Assembly (NCBI RefSeq): GCF_009914755.1
Contig: NC_060926.1
DNA from: the human T2T-CHM13v2.0 reference genome, Homo sapiens
Direction: 5' to 3' (one strand)
Length of the DNA: 64,000 nucleotides
Shown one piece after another: positions 1 to 12,110 of the stretch. A program made the position numbers and the translations under genes. Numbering within the stretch: the first letter of the stretch is position 1; each line of letters begins with the position of its first letter. Under the pieces are notes generated by a model. The model saw nothing but the letters and a program-made list of their open reading frames with translations, was not told the origin of the DNA and made no database searches.

Positions 1-728
1 CCTTCCCTCAAATGTCTCACAATGCTATTTCCACCAATCCTAACTGTTACATCAGGATCATTATCCAATCTCAACCAAACCCTAACATAAAAAGGTCAGC
101 CTTAAACCAAACTTCCAACTGTCAATTTATTCTGATTCTGCCTTTACTCTTCTGAGACCTTGCCACAGCCTGGTCTAGGTGGTCACTCTCACTGAAGGAA
201 GCAATGTGTCGTGAGAAACACGCTCACCTGTCCAAACCCAAAGAATGGACCTGGAGGCACGAAGAACAGCGAAAGTGAGACTTTTAATACTAGTCTTGCA
301 AGATCGGGTGTCTGGTGAGCAGGCACATCCAGGCAGTCACAACAGGTAATTTATCTCCTAGCACATAAGTCCTTCCCCCAGTTCCTCACTAATCAAGTAC
401 TATGGCGTTACAATCTTCCCGGACGTCACCTAAGTTTCATTATCCCCCTTGTAAGGTTATACCCTGGTCCACTTCTCCGCTTAAATTTTGATTTCCCAAT
501 AACAAAACTTTCTTCCCTTTTATAGGCTGACCCTTCGTCTACATTCTGTTCACTTATGGTGACCTTCTAGGTGCATGACCATGTGGTTTGTTACATTTGC
601 AGGCTGGCTGCCAGTATTTAGATATATCATGCCTTGAAAATGGACCATTGAAATTATATTCTCACATGTACTCAGTTTGTCTTATCAATATTTCGTATAG
701 GTGGTATTTGGGGAGCAGCCTTTTGACA
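1..728 (+). mobile_element. Old LTR fragment (ERV1, possibly MER110-like), interrupted by the LTR at 210-666
   Basis: Sequence either side of 210-666 joins into an LTR-like R/U5 end (aagcaa...actcagtttgtcttatcaa...ggtggtatttggggagcagcc...gaCA). Family assigned from memory. Confidence 0.35.
210..666 (-). mobile_element. Solo LTR, ~457 bp (ERVL class, LTR47-like; family tentative)
   Basis: Inverted termini (c)GTGAGAAA...TTTCTCACA. Minus strand has TATAAAA (~518-524) and ATTAAA (283-288) in U3-R-U5 order. Degenerate 5-bp flanks tgtgt/tgtac. Confidence 0.65.
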
Positions 729-1006
729 TCATCCATTTCTTACAAAAAGAGAAGTGTGTGCAGATTAGTGGGAAAGACTGTTCTAGTAAAAAGTATACAT
801 CATATTATGATAATCCTTCCTGAAGGAAATTTAACCTCTGGTTTCAGACGCCACCCAGGTTTTCCTGCTTTTTCGAATAGTCGGTTCGTCATTCCTCACG
901 TAAGGAAAGTGGTAAACACACTACCAGAGGCCAGAGCAAGTATCATGGAATGGAAAGTTATAGGAGAGTCATTTAATAAACATATTCACTGCATAGTGTG
1001 GTTTAG

Positions 1007-1306
<300 letters not shown>

Positions 1307-1464
1307 CTCAACTAATCTCTGAATTTAAAAAATTGCCTCTGAGAAAAGTAAGGGAGAGTTCTCTATTTTGTATGGATCCAGAGAATCATTTCAGGCATCA
1401 ACATAATACCAAGAAGAACCAAGCCACAAAACCATTATGATAATGAGCTACCATCTACGAACAC

Positions 1465-1625
1465 TTACTATTTATTGAGTACTTACTATAATCCAGGCAA
1501 TTAGAATATACTGTCACTCTTAATCTTCACATCAGTCTTATCTGGTAGATGTTATCGTCTCAATTTTCAAAAGAAGAAAATGCTTCAGATAGGTTAGGGA
1601 ACCATCCCTGACCACACAAACTAAA
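1465..1625 (-). mobile_element. MIR fragment
   Basis: atttattgagtacttacta...cttaatcttcacatc...ggtagatgttatcgtctcaattttcaaaagaagaaa resembles the MIR core. Boundaries approximate. Confidence 0.6.
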
Positions 1626-1649
1626 ACTCCTCTATTCCAATCATCCTCT

Positions 1650-1850
1650 ATTGAAACGTAATGACTTACTTTCTTCATGGCGTTTTTCACCATCTGAAAT
1701 TAGCCTGTTCATTTATTCACTTGTTAACTCTCTGTTTTTCCCTCACAAATTTAAAGTTCAGATTAGGAACCTCACCATCTATCTACCTCTCTAACTCTAC
1801 TGCCTAGAGTGGTACCTGGAATATGGTGGATGCTCGATCTATGTCAAGTG
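1650..1850 (+). mobile_element. L2 3' fragment
   Basis: tttcttcatggcgtttttcaccatctgaaatt...tgcctagagtggtacctggaatatggtggatgctc resembles the L2 3' end. Confidence 0.55.
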
Positions 1851-2908
1851 ATACAGTAGCATATTCCACAAAGAAGCAAGGGCTGAAATATGTGTTTAAA
1901 AATTTCCCCACATAATTCTGATATGCTTACCTCCCTCCCCACCACAGATATGTCTGATATAAATATCTACGCTGACACACTGAAGGAAAAATAAGGCTTT
2001 TTGAATTTTTATATTTTCTGAGGGAAAAAAAACCAGAAAATTTATGTGAAAGCTCACTTTGACTGACAAAAGTGATGATTCTCTAGCAATAGCACAGCCC
2101 ATGAATTTGTTAGCTTGCAATCAACTGCTAATAGCACATTTCAGTATTGCTGACTGGCTTTAGAGATTACTGTTTCTGTGTTGTTTTTCACATTAAAATT
2201 TCTTTTCTAGCATCAGACAGTGAGTTACTAGCTATAGGGAGTAAAAGGCAGGAGTAGAGGAGGTCTGTAGAATCAACTTAAAAAATTTTTTTTCATTGAT
2301 TTAGTCAGTAATTCCATACATTTTTTCTGAACCACGGGTGACCTTCATACACAACCACCAGGTTGTTCATTTTGTTTTGTGTTTTAGAGCATCAGTAAAA
2401 CATACATGGTCTTACTGAATTCTCAGCAACTAAAGCCACCACAGATCTGCCTTGAATCGGTATTCTCAAAGTGTCAGGTGTAAGGCTAGAAGAGAAGGAA
2501 TGCTCCTCACTCCAATCAATTTGCTCATTCAAATCAATCTACTGCACTCGCCAGCCAGTTAACAACCTCTGGGTCGGCAAGCAAGACTTTTTTTTTTTCT
2601 TGCTTTTAAGATGTGAATCCTGTGGTATATTTAGCTCATGCTACTGTGTTTGTCTTACTGTCTCTCAGAAATGTCTTTACCCTTTAAAAGATCCATAAAC
2701 ATTTTCAGAAATATGGTGGCAATAAATAGATCTTACACCATAAAAGGCATTCTAAAGAAATAGCATAGACCAACAAAAACAGTTCAAAAAAATATTTTCT
2801 GGGAGCAGTTGTACCATGGAATTCCTCAAATTGTTTTTACTACAAAAGCAACAATTCAAAACCAAATTGCAATTCAAGATAAAAATATGAGTGATTTATG
2901 ATTCCCTC

Positions 2909-3465
2909 TCTAGGAGAGGAAAAATATCTTTCCTTTATCCTTCCTTTGGTTCATGGCCAAGCCCCTATAACAAAAGACGGATTAAAAAGAGAAAAGCATA
3001 TAAATTTATTTTACAGAAGTTTTTTGTGGCATGAAAAGTTTCATAACGAAATAATGACCTTAAGAAACAGGCAATCCTACAATTTTTAAGCTAGTTTTGA
3101 TAAACAAATGGATAGTCATGGAAAAGAATGATTGGATAAAAAGTATGCTCTAGTGGTAATAAACTGGGAGAAACTTAGTAAGACCTGTCGGATCAGATTC
3201 TTCTCTGTAACCTTTGCCAAAGATAAGGAGGAACTTATATTCTCGGTATTGGCAAGGTATCTCTGACATGAGGGTCTTGTGACATGCATCAGGGGGAGGT
3301 GAGAAAATCCTTCCTAGGTTTTGTGGCCTGCTTCAAGAGACAAGGGAAGGAGAAGGTCAGAGCATGACCTTCCTACTTCAGTGTTCTTTTTTTATTATTA
3401 TTATTTTTACTTTTTCAAATTCCTTCTTAAATTATTTTAAAGTAATTGTGACCAGAACCCCATCA
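2909..3465 (-). mobile_element. ERV1 solo LTR, MER34-like
   Basis: Minus strand begins TGATGGGGTTC and ends ...tttttcctctcctaGA. Perfect 4-bp TSD CCTC (2905-2908 and 3466-3469). Homologous to the LTR at 63001-63642. Confidence 0.75.
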
Positions 3466-3583
3466 CCTCACTTAAAAACATCTGGAAACTGGCGTTTAGA
3501 GGGATATATCATCCGTCAAGGTCAGAGGCCAAACAGGTTTCTGAATAAAGCTGGATTGAAACTAGGTCTGACTGCAGGGGAAA

Positions 3584-4442
3584 CAATACTGGAGTGCTGG
3601 GAAGGGAAGAGTGTGGTCGCTTTAAATGATACAGAAGCGGGGAAGGGAAGTGCTGGGTAGAGAAAGGCCAGTCCCTGGCTAGGGCTCCACCCCCACGGAC
3701 CCAGGTGAGAACAGGCATTTCCTGCCCAAATGTTGCATTTCCCAAGACTACCCTGGCCCATCCTGGGCCTATAAAAACCGGAGACCCTAGCAGGCCAACA
3801 CACAGAAGCGGCTGGATACCCTGAGGAGCACATCAGCAGAAGACGACACAAGCTGCTGGACGGCGAGAGAACATCGAGAGGATGTCCAGGGAGCACGTCA
3901 AGAGGACGTGGAGGGAGTATGCAGGTGGAAGAGCACACCGACAGACGTCGGCACAGCAGCCAGCCGTCCACCATCGAAAGGTGGCGGAGTTTGGCTGGAG
4001 CGACCAGAGAAGAGTCCGGCTGCAAAGCGGCCTGACTCCAGGGGAAAACCATCTCCCTCTGGCTCAGCCATCAGCTGAGAGCTACTTCTACTCAATAAAA
4101 CCTGCCACTCATTCTCCTAGCCCACATATGATCCGATTCTTCTGGCACACCAAGGCAAGAAACCCCAGGATACAGAAATCCCTCTGTCGGAAGGGGATCT
4201 AATGGATCTGGTTAACACAAGCCGCCTATAGACGGCAAACTAAGAGAGCATCATGTAACACACGCCCACTGGGGTTTCAGGAGCTGTGAATATTCACCCC
4301 TAGACACTGCCATGGGGTCAGAGCCCCACAGCCTGCCAGTCTTTATGCACCCCTAGACGTTCAAACAGCAGGGCACTGAAGCAGCCAGCCACATCCCCAT
4401 CGCACGCCCTGCGAGGGGGACAAGGGAATCTTTCCCATTTCA
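3584..4442 (+). mobile_element. ERV1 solo LTR, LTR1 family (HUERS-P2 type)
   Basis: ggagtgctgggaagggaagagtgtggtc...tttaaatgatacagaagcggggaagggaagtgctgggtagag start. TATAAAA 3770-3776, internal gctggacg.cgagag repeats, AATAAA 4094-4099, end gacaagggaatctttcccatttCA. Confidence 0.85.
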
Positions 4443-5348
4443 GAAGCTGGATTGAAACTAGGTCTGATTCCAGCAACAAAGCTCCAAGTTGCTGGCACTC
4501 TCTGCCATTTGTCCTCCTAATGTCTATGCTCCCTAGGAAAGTTATTCTCCAATGGGTCAAAGTTATCATCTAGTGTGTACATGTTCAGAAAAGCTAATGA
4601 CATATGTTAGCGGAGCTGCCCCCTACAGCTCTGCTTCGGTTTGGGAGGCAATTGGTTGCTTTGCTATTTACCAACAATTTCAGAGGCGGGAGAGAAGTTT
4701 GAAGGATTTCTAAGGGATAGTGAGGGATGAAATAAAAACCTGAAGGAAAAACCCTGTGGGGTTTTCAGTTAACATTCCAAAAATAATTCAGAGACTAGGA
4801 CTGGAAAACTTTGTATAATTTATTTTGCTTCAAATTATTATATTTTATGTCTCTTATACCCTAAAATGATTAGGAAGAAACAGCTAATAGAACAAATACA
4901 CCAAGACTGGTCTTTGGATGTGGCAAAAATGCCAGGGTAGTCTCTTCCAATTTTGTACACTCTTGGAGGGAAAGAACTCCAGGGATTAGTGCATAAACTG
5001 GCTGCTTTAAGGAGGACAAAACAACTGCCACCCTGGGATTTATAGGAAGTGGGCAAAGGAGAATGTTAAAGTTGATCCATGAGGAACAGATTTGCCTTAA
5101 CGAAAGCAGGTCCCAGGCGATTCCCCACATACAGCGCCTTCTCTGTCCAACTAACCCATCACTCACATTGCTATTCTTGACAGAAATGTCTGTCTGTCTT
5201 TTTTTGTGGTTACAACATTCTTCAAAGACCAACTCAAATCTCTCCTCCTCCAGAAAACTCTGTTGATCACTCTCTAATTGCCAGCATCTCCAGAATGCTT
5301 ACTGCCTATATATCCTGAACTACGTAACTCGGAATTTAATTTTATAAG

Positions 5349-5867
5349 TGGGCAAGAAGGTCTTAACCTTCCCTTCAACTTGACCAAACTTCACACAGGT
5401 TTGTTACTGACCACAGGCCCTTGATCTCCCTTTTCTAAGAGGATTTACTTTAGACCACTTGGAATTGTAAATTCTTTCTGTGTTCCCTTAACACGTAAAT
5501 CTTCTGCTAGACTCCTGTCAGTTTTACAACCCAGGAATGTCTTTCTCAAGGTCCTGGGAGCCATCCCTTTTGAAATAAAATCTTCAGGAATGCTACTGTT
5601 ACTATCTCCCAGTCTTAGGGTGAAGGTAAGAGCCTAACCTCTACAAGCATCAATTAGCAAACACAGATGGCCTCGTCAGGATGACCAACGTTACCCAATT
5701 AAGTTTTCTAATACTTTTCCACTTGCTCACCCCAGTTATCAATAACTCTTCTTTTGTTTCAGCACAGTTCAGTTCTCTCTCTCTCTCCTCTTGCAATAGT
5801 CTTGATCCCTGTTGCAATAATCTTAAGTCTTCCTTACCCGCTTGTCCAGGATAACTTCTCTTTGATA
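5349..5867 (+). mobile_element. ERV1 LTR, MER67/MER31-like
   Basis: cttgaccaaact...atttactttag...aattgtaaattctttct...cagttttacaacccaggaatgtctttctcaaggtcctgggagccatccc motifs and an LTR-like end (ttgcaatagtctt...ctttgata). Confidence 0.6.
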
Positions 5868-6088
5868 CACTGATAAATTCAGTAGCTATTTCCTGTGTGC
5901 TATCTTTCTTAGACCGGAATATAAGATCCTGTAACTATTTTAATTGAATAATGTGGTCTTTCTGGAAACTTCTCTGTTAATATAGTCCCTCTCTTCCCCT
6001 GTTTACTGCTTCTACCTTCCCCAGTACACACACACACATCATTGACACTTTATGACTGAATTCTAAGTTTTTTAAAAAATACGTATTT

Positions 6089-6413
6089 GTCCAGGTGTGG
6101 TGCTCATACCTGTAATCCCAACACTTTCGGAGACTGAGGCAGGAAGATCGCTTGAGCCCATAAGTTGAAGACCAGCCTAGGCAACAAAGTGAGACCTCAC
6201 TTCTACAAAAATTAAAGAAAAATTAAAGAAAAAAAAATAGCCAGGCATGATGGTATATGCACCTGTGGTCCCAGCCACTGGAGAGGCTGAGGCAGGCAGT
6301 AGGATCACTTGAGCCCAGGCAGTTGCAGCTACAGTGAGCTGTGATTACTGCACTGCACTCCAGCCTGGGCAACAGAGCAAGACCTGTCTCGACAGAAAAA
6401 AAAAAAAAAAAAA
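6089..6413 (+). mobile_element. AluJ element
   Basis: Dimeric Alu with gatcgcttgagccc (J-type), A18 tail, TSD-like aaatacgtattt / aaatacatattt. Confidence 0.92.
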
Positions 6414-7395
6414 GGTGTTTTGTTGTTGTTGCTGTTGTTTGTTTGTTTTAAATACATATTTGGACCTCCCTTCTCCACTGCTTTTTAACAAGGTGCTGAG
6501 TGGCTAGGAAACATTCAGTAAATACTAGTTTCCTTGGTGGTCAAAATATTTTTCTTCTCTGGAACTCAGAAAATAGATTACAGATGAAATATACGGGATA
6601 AGTCAGCCTGTGGTAGTCACCTCTAATGACTATTTTGACTTTCTTTCTTGCTTCAGTCACAGTAGGCTCAGAGTCCTTCTCAACATCACATTTCAGGCAG
6701 CCAGCACCACGCTATCAAATTCCGCACATAAATTGAAACCTACTAGCCTTTCTTAAAGATGCCCTTTTAATCTAAAGAATATTTGATTTTAAACTCTGTT
6801 TTTTGATGAGATTCATCACCTTCATGCTTAAAGAGCCATTTATTATTTGGTAAGTAAACTAGTTCACATTCCTTTTAAAAAATCAATATCAAAGATTAAA
6901 CTAAGGTTTTTTTTTTTCCACACATTTGAGTTGCGAAATCACTGGCAGAGGGTGTCTAAAATGAAATAGACCAAAATATGCTCAAAAACAACAGATTTTT
7001 GTTTTCTTGAAAGACAAGAACTTTCCTAGTCAGTACATCTTCTAAAATAAGGCCCTTAGAATGTGATTGCCTAGAAAATATTCACTGCTTTTCTTCTTAA
7101 AGTGTTCATTGTTATTTTTGAAGAAATGAAGCAGAGTGGAATGTTACCAGTTTTAATAGCCATCACTTTTACTCATCATCTTTCTAATTCCTAGGGTTCA
7201 AAATATAAAGGAAAGAATAAAGGAACCACCATAATAGATTATGAAACATAGAGATGACCACGGAAATGGTCTTCTAAGATAAAAATACATGCAATGAATA
7301 ATTGAGGGAGAAGAGTCACCATGCAGTCACTTAGTACACATTGTTTCCTGCCTTAAGAGGAGCCATAGGTCTAGGCATTTATTCCCCCCAAAAGT

Positions 7396-7426
7396 GGGGG
7401 TGAGGGTGAGGGGTGAGGGTGACGGG
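7396..7426 (+). other. G-quadruplex motif, (GGGTGA)-like repeat
   Basis: GGGGGtgaGGGtgaGGGGtgaGGGtgacGGG: five G-runs with 3-4 nt loops. Confidence 0.6.
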
Positions 7427-10400
7427 ATAAGACTGGTTTCAAGGTAGGTTTCTAGTTGATTCAATAACCAAGGTAAACAGAGAAATGAGGTGATTCGAGT
7501 TTCTCAGGGACTCTCAAAGACAATAATATTTAGGTAAACAAGAAATATATAAGTGTTTTAAGGTTTTCATAATTTCTATTGCTTTACTATTTTTTTAACC
7601 CCTGGAGTAAGTGGGGGTGTTGTCTGTCTTGCTGCAATGGCCTCCTCTCTCTGAAAATTGTTGCCTCTTCCCATCCACATGTTGTACACACTAAGGTGCC
7701 AAGTTTGTACCTTGACACCTATCTCCAGCTACTCCTGTACATCAGGATACACAACTCACTCAAGATGACCAATACCATTTTCAGAAAATTTGCAATTGAG
7801 TGTGGCTTGTTAGTTTAAAATAAACGGATAAATTCCTAAGCAGTGAGACAAAATCTAAATGCAACACACATGGAAATAAAACATACAGGAGAGACCAAAA
7901 AGGGAGAAAAAAAAATAGAACAAAAACATGGCTGCCCAAGGTTCTCATCGGCTTTTCTGTCCCTTCATCAGGCCCTCGAAAGGACCCTTAAATTCTGTAA
8001 GATACGCCTGTGTCCTCATAATTCATTATTTTTGCTAATGGTAACATAAATGACTTTCTGTAGTTAAAAAGGAAAAAGAGAGTAAGATACTCTTAATAGT
8101 GCCTTTGTTTTTATAGGCAGTAACAATAGAAAACACTCCAAAGGACGCGAATGTCTTTTTAGCCACAGAAAACTGAAGGAGAAAGCTGTGCTAGCAATGA
8201 TCTGAAAGGCAAGGGACACAGGTGGAAGGCCAGATGGTTGTTGCCAGAAGGGGAGAAAATGGGCCAAGTTCTTGATACCCTTGGGATATAGAGATGCAAG
8301 GTGAATAGAATGTTGGCCAGGAGACACAACTGGCCCCAAAGGATTTGACCAGGCAAAAGGCACTAGTCACTCATAGCTTTACACTATGACAGTTGAAATG
8401 CTTTTTAAATGGGTTCTAGAATGTTATACATGGAGAAAATCTACTCTTTCCCCTATCAGGCAAAAAAGGCAAGAGGGAAACAACTTTAAGCAAGAATGAA
8501 AATGATTTTTTCCTCTGACTAATTGAATTTTGAGGAGCCTTGAATGTCCCTCTTATTTCATTTTCTTTTGTTGTTACGTTAAAATAATCAAAAAATAGTT
8601 TTTTAAAGTTTAAAATATGTCTGCCTGTTTACTCAGACCCCAATGGAGGGTCATATTTCTGTCAATTCTTTGATTGTCAAAAAGAGTCAGGTTCTGGTAC
8701 AAGATCTTTAACAACTGAATTACTCTGAATTCTGTTTTACTGCTTAAGAAGGATGGTTATATTTGTCTTTCATAGAATCTCAGAGTTGGAAAAAATCTTA
8801 GAAAATGTCAAATTTAATTTCTCATTCATATATACACACTACCTGTGTCAGTACTTTCTTGATATTTTTCCTTAAGTAGACTCAGTTTTTACCTCTTAAT
8901 AGGAATTTAATAGAAAATCAATAACATGAACTAAAAACCAGTAGCATATTTCAGAAATAGAAAGTATTCATTTAAGAAAATGTTCATCTGAATATCACCT
9001 AAAATCAACTGGCATACACATATTAATGATAACATTTTAGTTGAAATAGAGTCCTTTCCTCTTGCCATCTAACAAGGATATCATGAAAGGCTTTGTAAAA
9101 TATTGTGCTAAGAAGCAGACAGCTGTTAATCCCAAAACTCTTCACTCTAAATGGAAATCTCTTTCATCTAACTTGGCATGTTCTTAGTAAATACACCTTA
9201 ATTCACTCTCAGTGTCCACTATTGAAGACCACATATACCCAGGAAGATGCTGTGACACATGTAAGAGGAGCAGTTCTTTGTAGAATAAATGCTTTGTAAT
9301 GATTTTATTCTCTGCTATCTGAGGACTATCTGTATATATTGACTACTTGCACAAACGAAACTTTTACACATTCTATATGCTCACATTTCTTCAACATCTT
9401 ACTGAACAAAACAATTTCACAGTAGGATACCAGTGAGGATTTTCATAATGAAAATCTGCATGAGAGCACAGTAATAACATGCTATAATTGCTCAGAGAGA
9501 AATAATTCTTCATGTCCAAGTTTGCCAATGGCACACTCCATTATTATTTGAAGTGGAACAGGTCACTTAAATTTCTCTGTATCCATGTCACAAGTTTCAT
9601 TTAAGTTGTGCGTTTTACTTGCAAATTTACAAAGTGAAATATGGTTTATTAGAAGAGATAGTACTGGAAATTATTTGTCAGATGTCTTTTGTAGTAACAT
9701 TTCTATTCACATCTTAGCTTCATGCAAGGAATAGGACCATATAAAAATAAAGCTAGAACACAAATCATCACATATTCATATGTCAGGACTCTGAGCTTAA
9801 AGAAGAAATCCCTTTTATATCTGTGATAAACTCAGATGTCTAGCTTTCCCTGCAACCATGCATATCCCTTACTGGATAAATTGCTAAAAGAGGTTCCCTA
9901 TACAAATTCTTATCCATAAAAGCAGGCATCCTAATCTGTACTTGTCACTGTTATTTTCTTTAATATGTAAGTCAATTATAGCAAGCTTTAAATGGAACCT
10001 AATGAGAAATTCTCATAATTAAAGAGAAAACAGTACAGGAACTTCCTGCCAATATAAACTGTTAATTTCGCAACACATGCTCCATAGACTTTTTCCAATT
10101 TCTATATTTTATTCACACTGTGTGTTTCCCCAAAATAATGCTTTTAATGAAATTTTCCCATTGAGTACAATTTTCTTAATTTAAATGATAACTACATTTT
10201 TAATCTGAAACCTCTTTAAGATCCTCATTGGCAAAAGACAAGATTGAGAATCACTTCCATTTTCAGGAAATTGTGTAAAATCAGCATGGCAGATATAGCA
10301 ATAGATGTTTCTCTTTATTTTCCACTTTGAGACCTGGGAGCTTATTATTTGAATAGCCATGAAAAACAGAATGGATTAACAACAAAAAAAGAGATCATAC

Positions 10401-11066
10401 ACATTTTTCTTATCAGAAGTCAAAATGGTATTTCACTTAACTGGCTAAAAATACGGAATGTAACATCTCATATATTAATGCATCTTCCTGTAAGATCTGT
10501 TCCAATATCTAAGCATATCCAAATGCTAAAATCCACAGAACAGTGCAAGGAAAAAATACTAGTAAAACCCAATGGAAAGCTACCATCAGAAGCTGAGTGT
10601 ATTCATCTAGCTTTGCACTGCAGTAAAGTACATTCCGTAGAGTACATTCTGAATAGCAATAGCCTACCTTTAAGCTGCACTGTCTTACATATTTCAAATC
10701 ACACTTTGTTTGAAAGAACAGACTGGTTATTTCCAAGATATCTCATGAAAAACTTATTATAGTTCGAGGAAAATAAGAGTTGAAGCCTTGGCGGAATACC
10801 CAAAGGCATTTTGCTTTTCTGACTACTATTCAAATCTTACTTGGCCCAACTTGACAGCCATTCTTTCTGACAACGTTAAGCGGTTTCAGTAAGTGGTATG
10901 TAACCTGCAGTTTTCTTTCACTTGGGATACTGTTTATAGCTAATTCAGGCACAAGGGACTAGAAAACATAATATTTTCATAACTATAAATTACTTTTATG
11001 TGGTTTCTCAACTACTATGTAGTGTAGGATGATGTACAGGAGTGGAAGAAAGAACAATGAGCCTGG

Positions 11067-11205
11067 ACAGGTTTTTCAAATTTGAGCAACAGAAACGGAT
11101 TTAAAAGACAGATTACAGGGTCCTCACTCCAGATATTTGAATTATGTGCAGGGCCTGAAAACCTGTGTTTTGAAAAATCTCTCCAAATTATTCTTATATT
11201 GGAGT
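11067..11205. mobile_element. MER5-like hAT-Charlie fossil
   Basis: caggtttttcaaatttgagc...ttaaaagacagattacagggtcctcactccaga...gggcctgaaaacctgtgttttgaaaaatctctcca. Highly diverged. Confidence 0.5.
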
Positions 11206-11504
11206 ACCTTCTCTAGACACACCGGGGTTGAGATTAACTACCAAATATTAATAGTGTGTGACTGTTAAGAGGAAGAACGTGGTGCAGTGGGGTGGAGTGT
11301 GGGAGGTGGTTCAAGATATAAGGGAAGAGAATATATTACTTTATTTATTACTTCATTCAGTCATTTATTACTTCAAGTAGACTTCATAAAGAAAACTCAC
11401 TTTGCTTTGAAAGTATCTTAAAGTATAAAAAAAACTTTAACTTTATACAAGCAATGAACGTATGTTTCAAATATGCAAATTAAATATTTTAAATATTCCA
11501 AAAA

Positions 11505-11650
11505 AAGTATCCATCTTAATTTTATCAAAAAGAAAACTGAGACTCAAAGAATTCCACTGACTTGTCCAGAATTACACAGCTAACAAGGTCAATTACAACT
11601 AAAATTCAAATTCAATTCTGCAAAACTTATGGTCTTTGTAATACTCCATG
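11505..11650 (-). mobile_element. MIR fragment
   Basis: aattttatcaaaaagaaaactgagactcaaaga...tgacttgtccagaattacacagcta, MIR core. Confidence 0.55.
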
Positions 11651-11914
11651 CTGCTTCCTTCAAATAGTAAGTTAATTTATCTTGGCCTCACTTTACCAAT
11701 GGCCAAAATGAAAGAATGTGCCAGAGGTTGAGAAATGACTAACCCAGTAATTATTTAAAACATCCAAGGGAAGGTGTATGGCCCAATAGCAAGATTTGGC
11801 CGAAAGAAAGTAATTAGGAAAAGAACTTCTTGGAAATTTAAAATAATTTTTTTCTACTTTAAACAAATATCCAAAATAATTTTCCTTAATATTTAAAAAG
11901 AGGAAAGGACAAAC

Positions 11915-12110
11915 ATTCATTGAATATCTTACTATGTCCACTGACTATCCTATCCTGCATGCTATACTTAAAGTGTATTATTTGATTTAATCCTCAAGAC
12001 AAACCTCTAAATATAGTTGTACTGAATACATCATACACGGGAAAAAGTACGGTTAAACAAATTAATTTGTCAACAATTGAAACAAAAAGTCCATGTTAGA
12101 ATCTATACCG
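11915..12110 (-). mobile_element. MIR fragment
   Basis: acattcattgaatatcttactatgtcca...atttaatcctcaagacaaacctct. Confidence 0.5.

Noticed and set aside
3522-4202. Overlapping 106-176 aa ORFs in GC-rich DNA
   Set aside because: They lie almost wholly within the LTR1 element. Open frames follow from GC content, with no gag/pol/env motifs.
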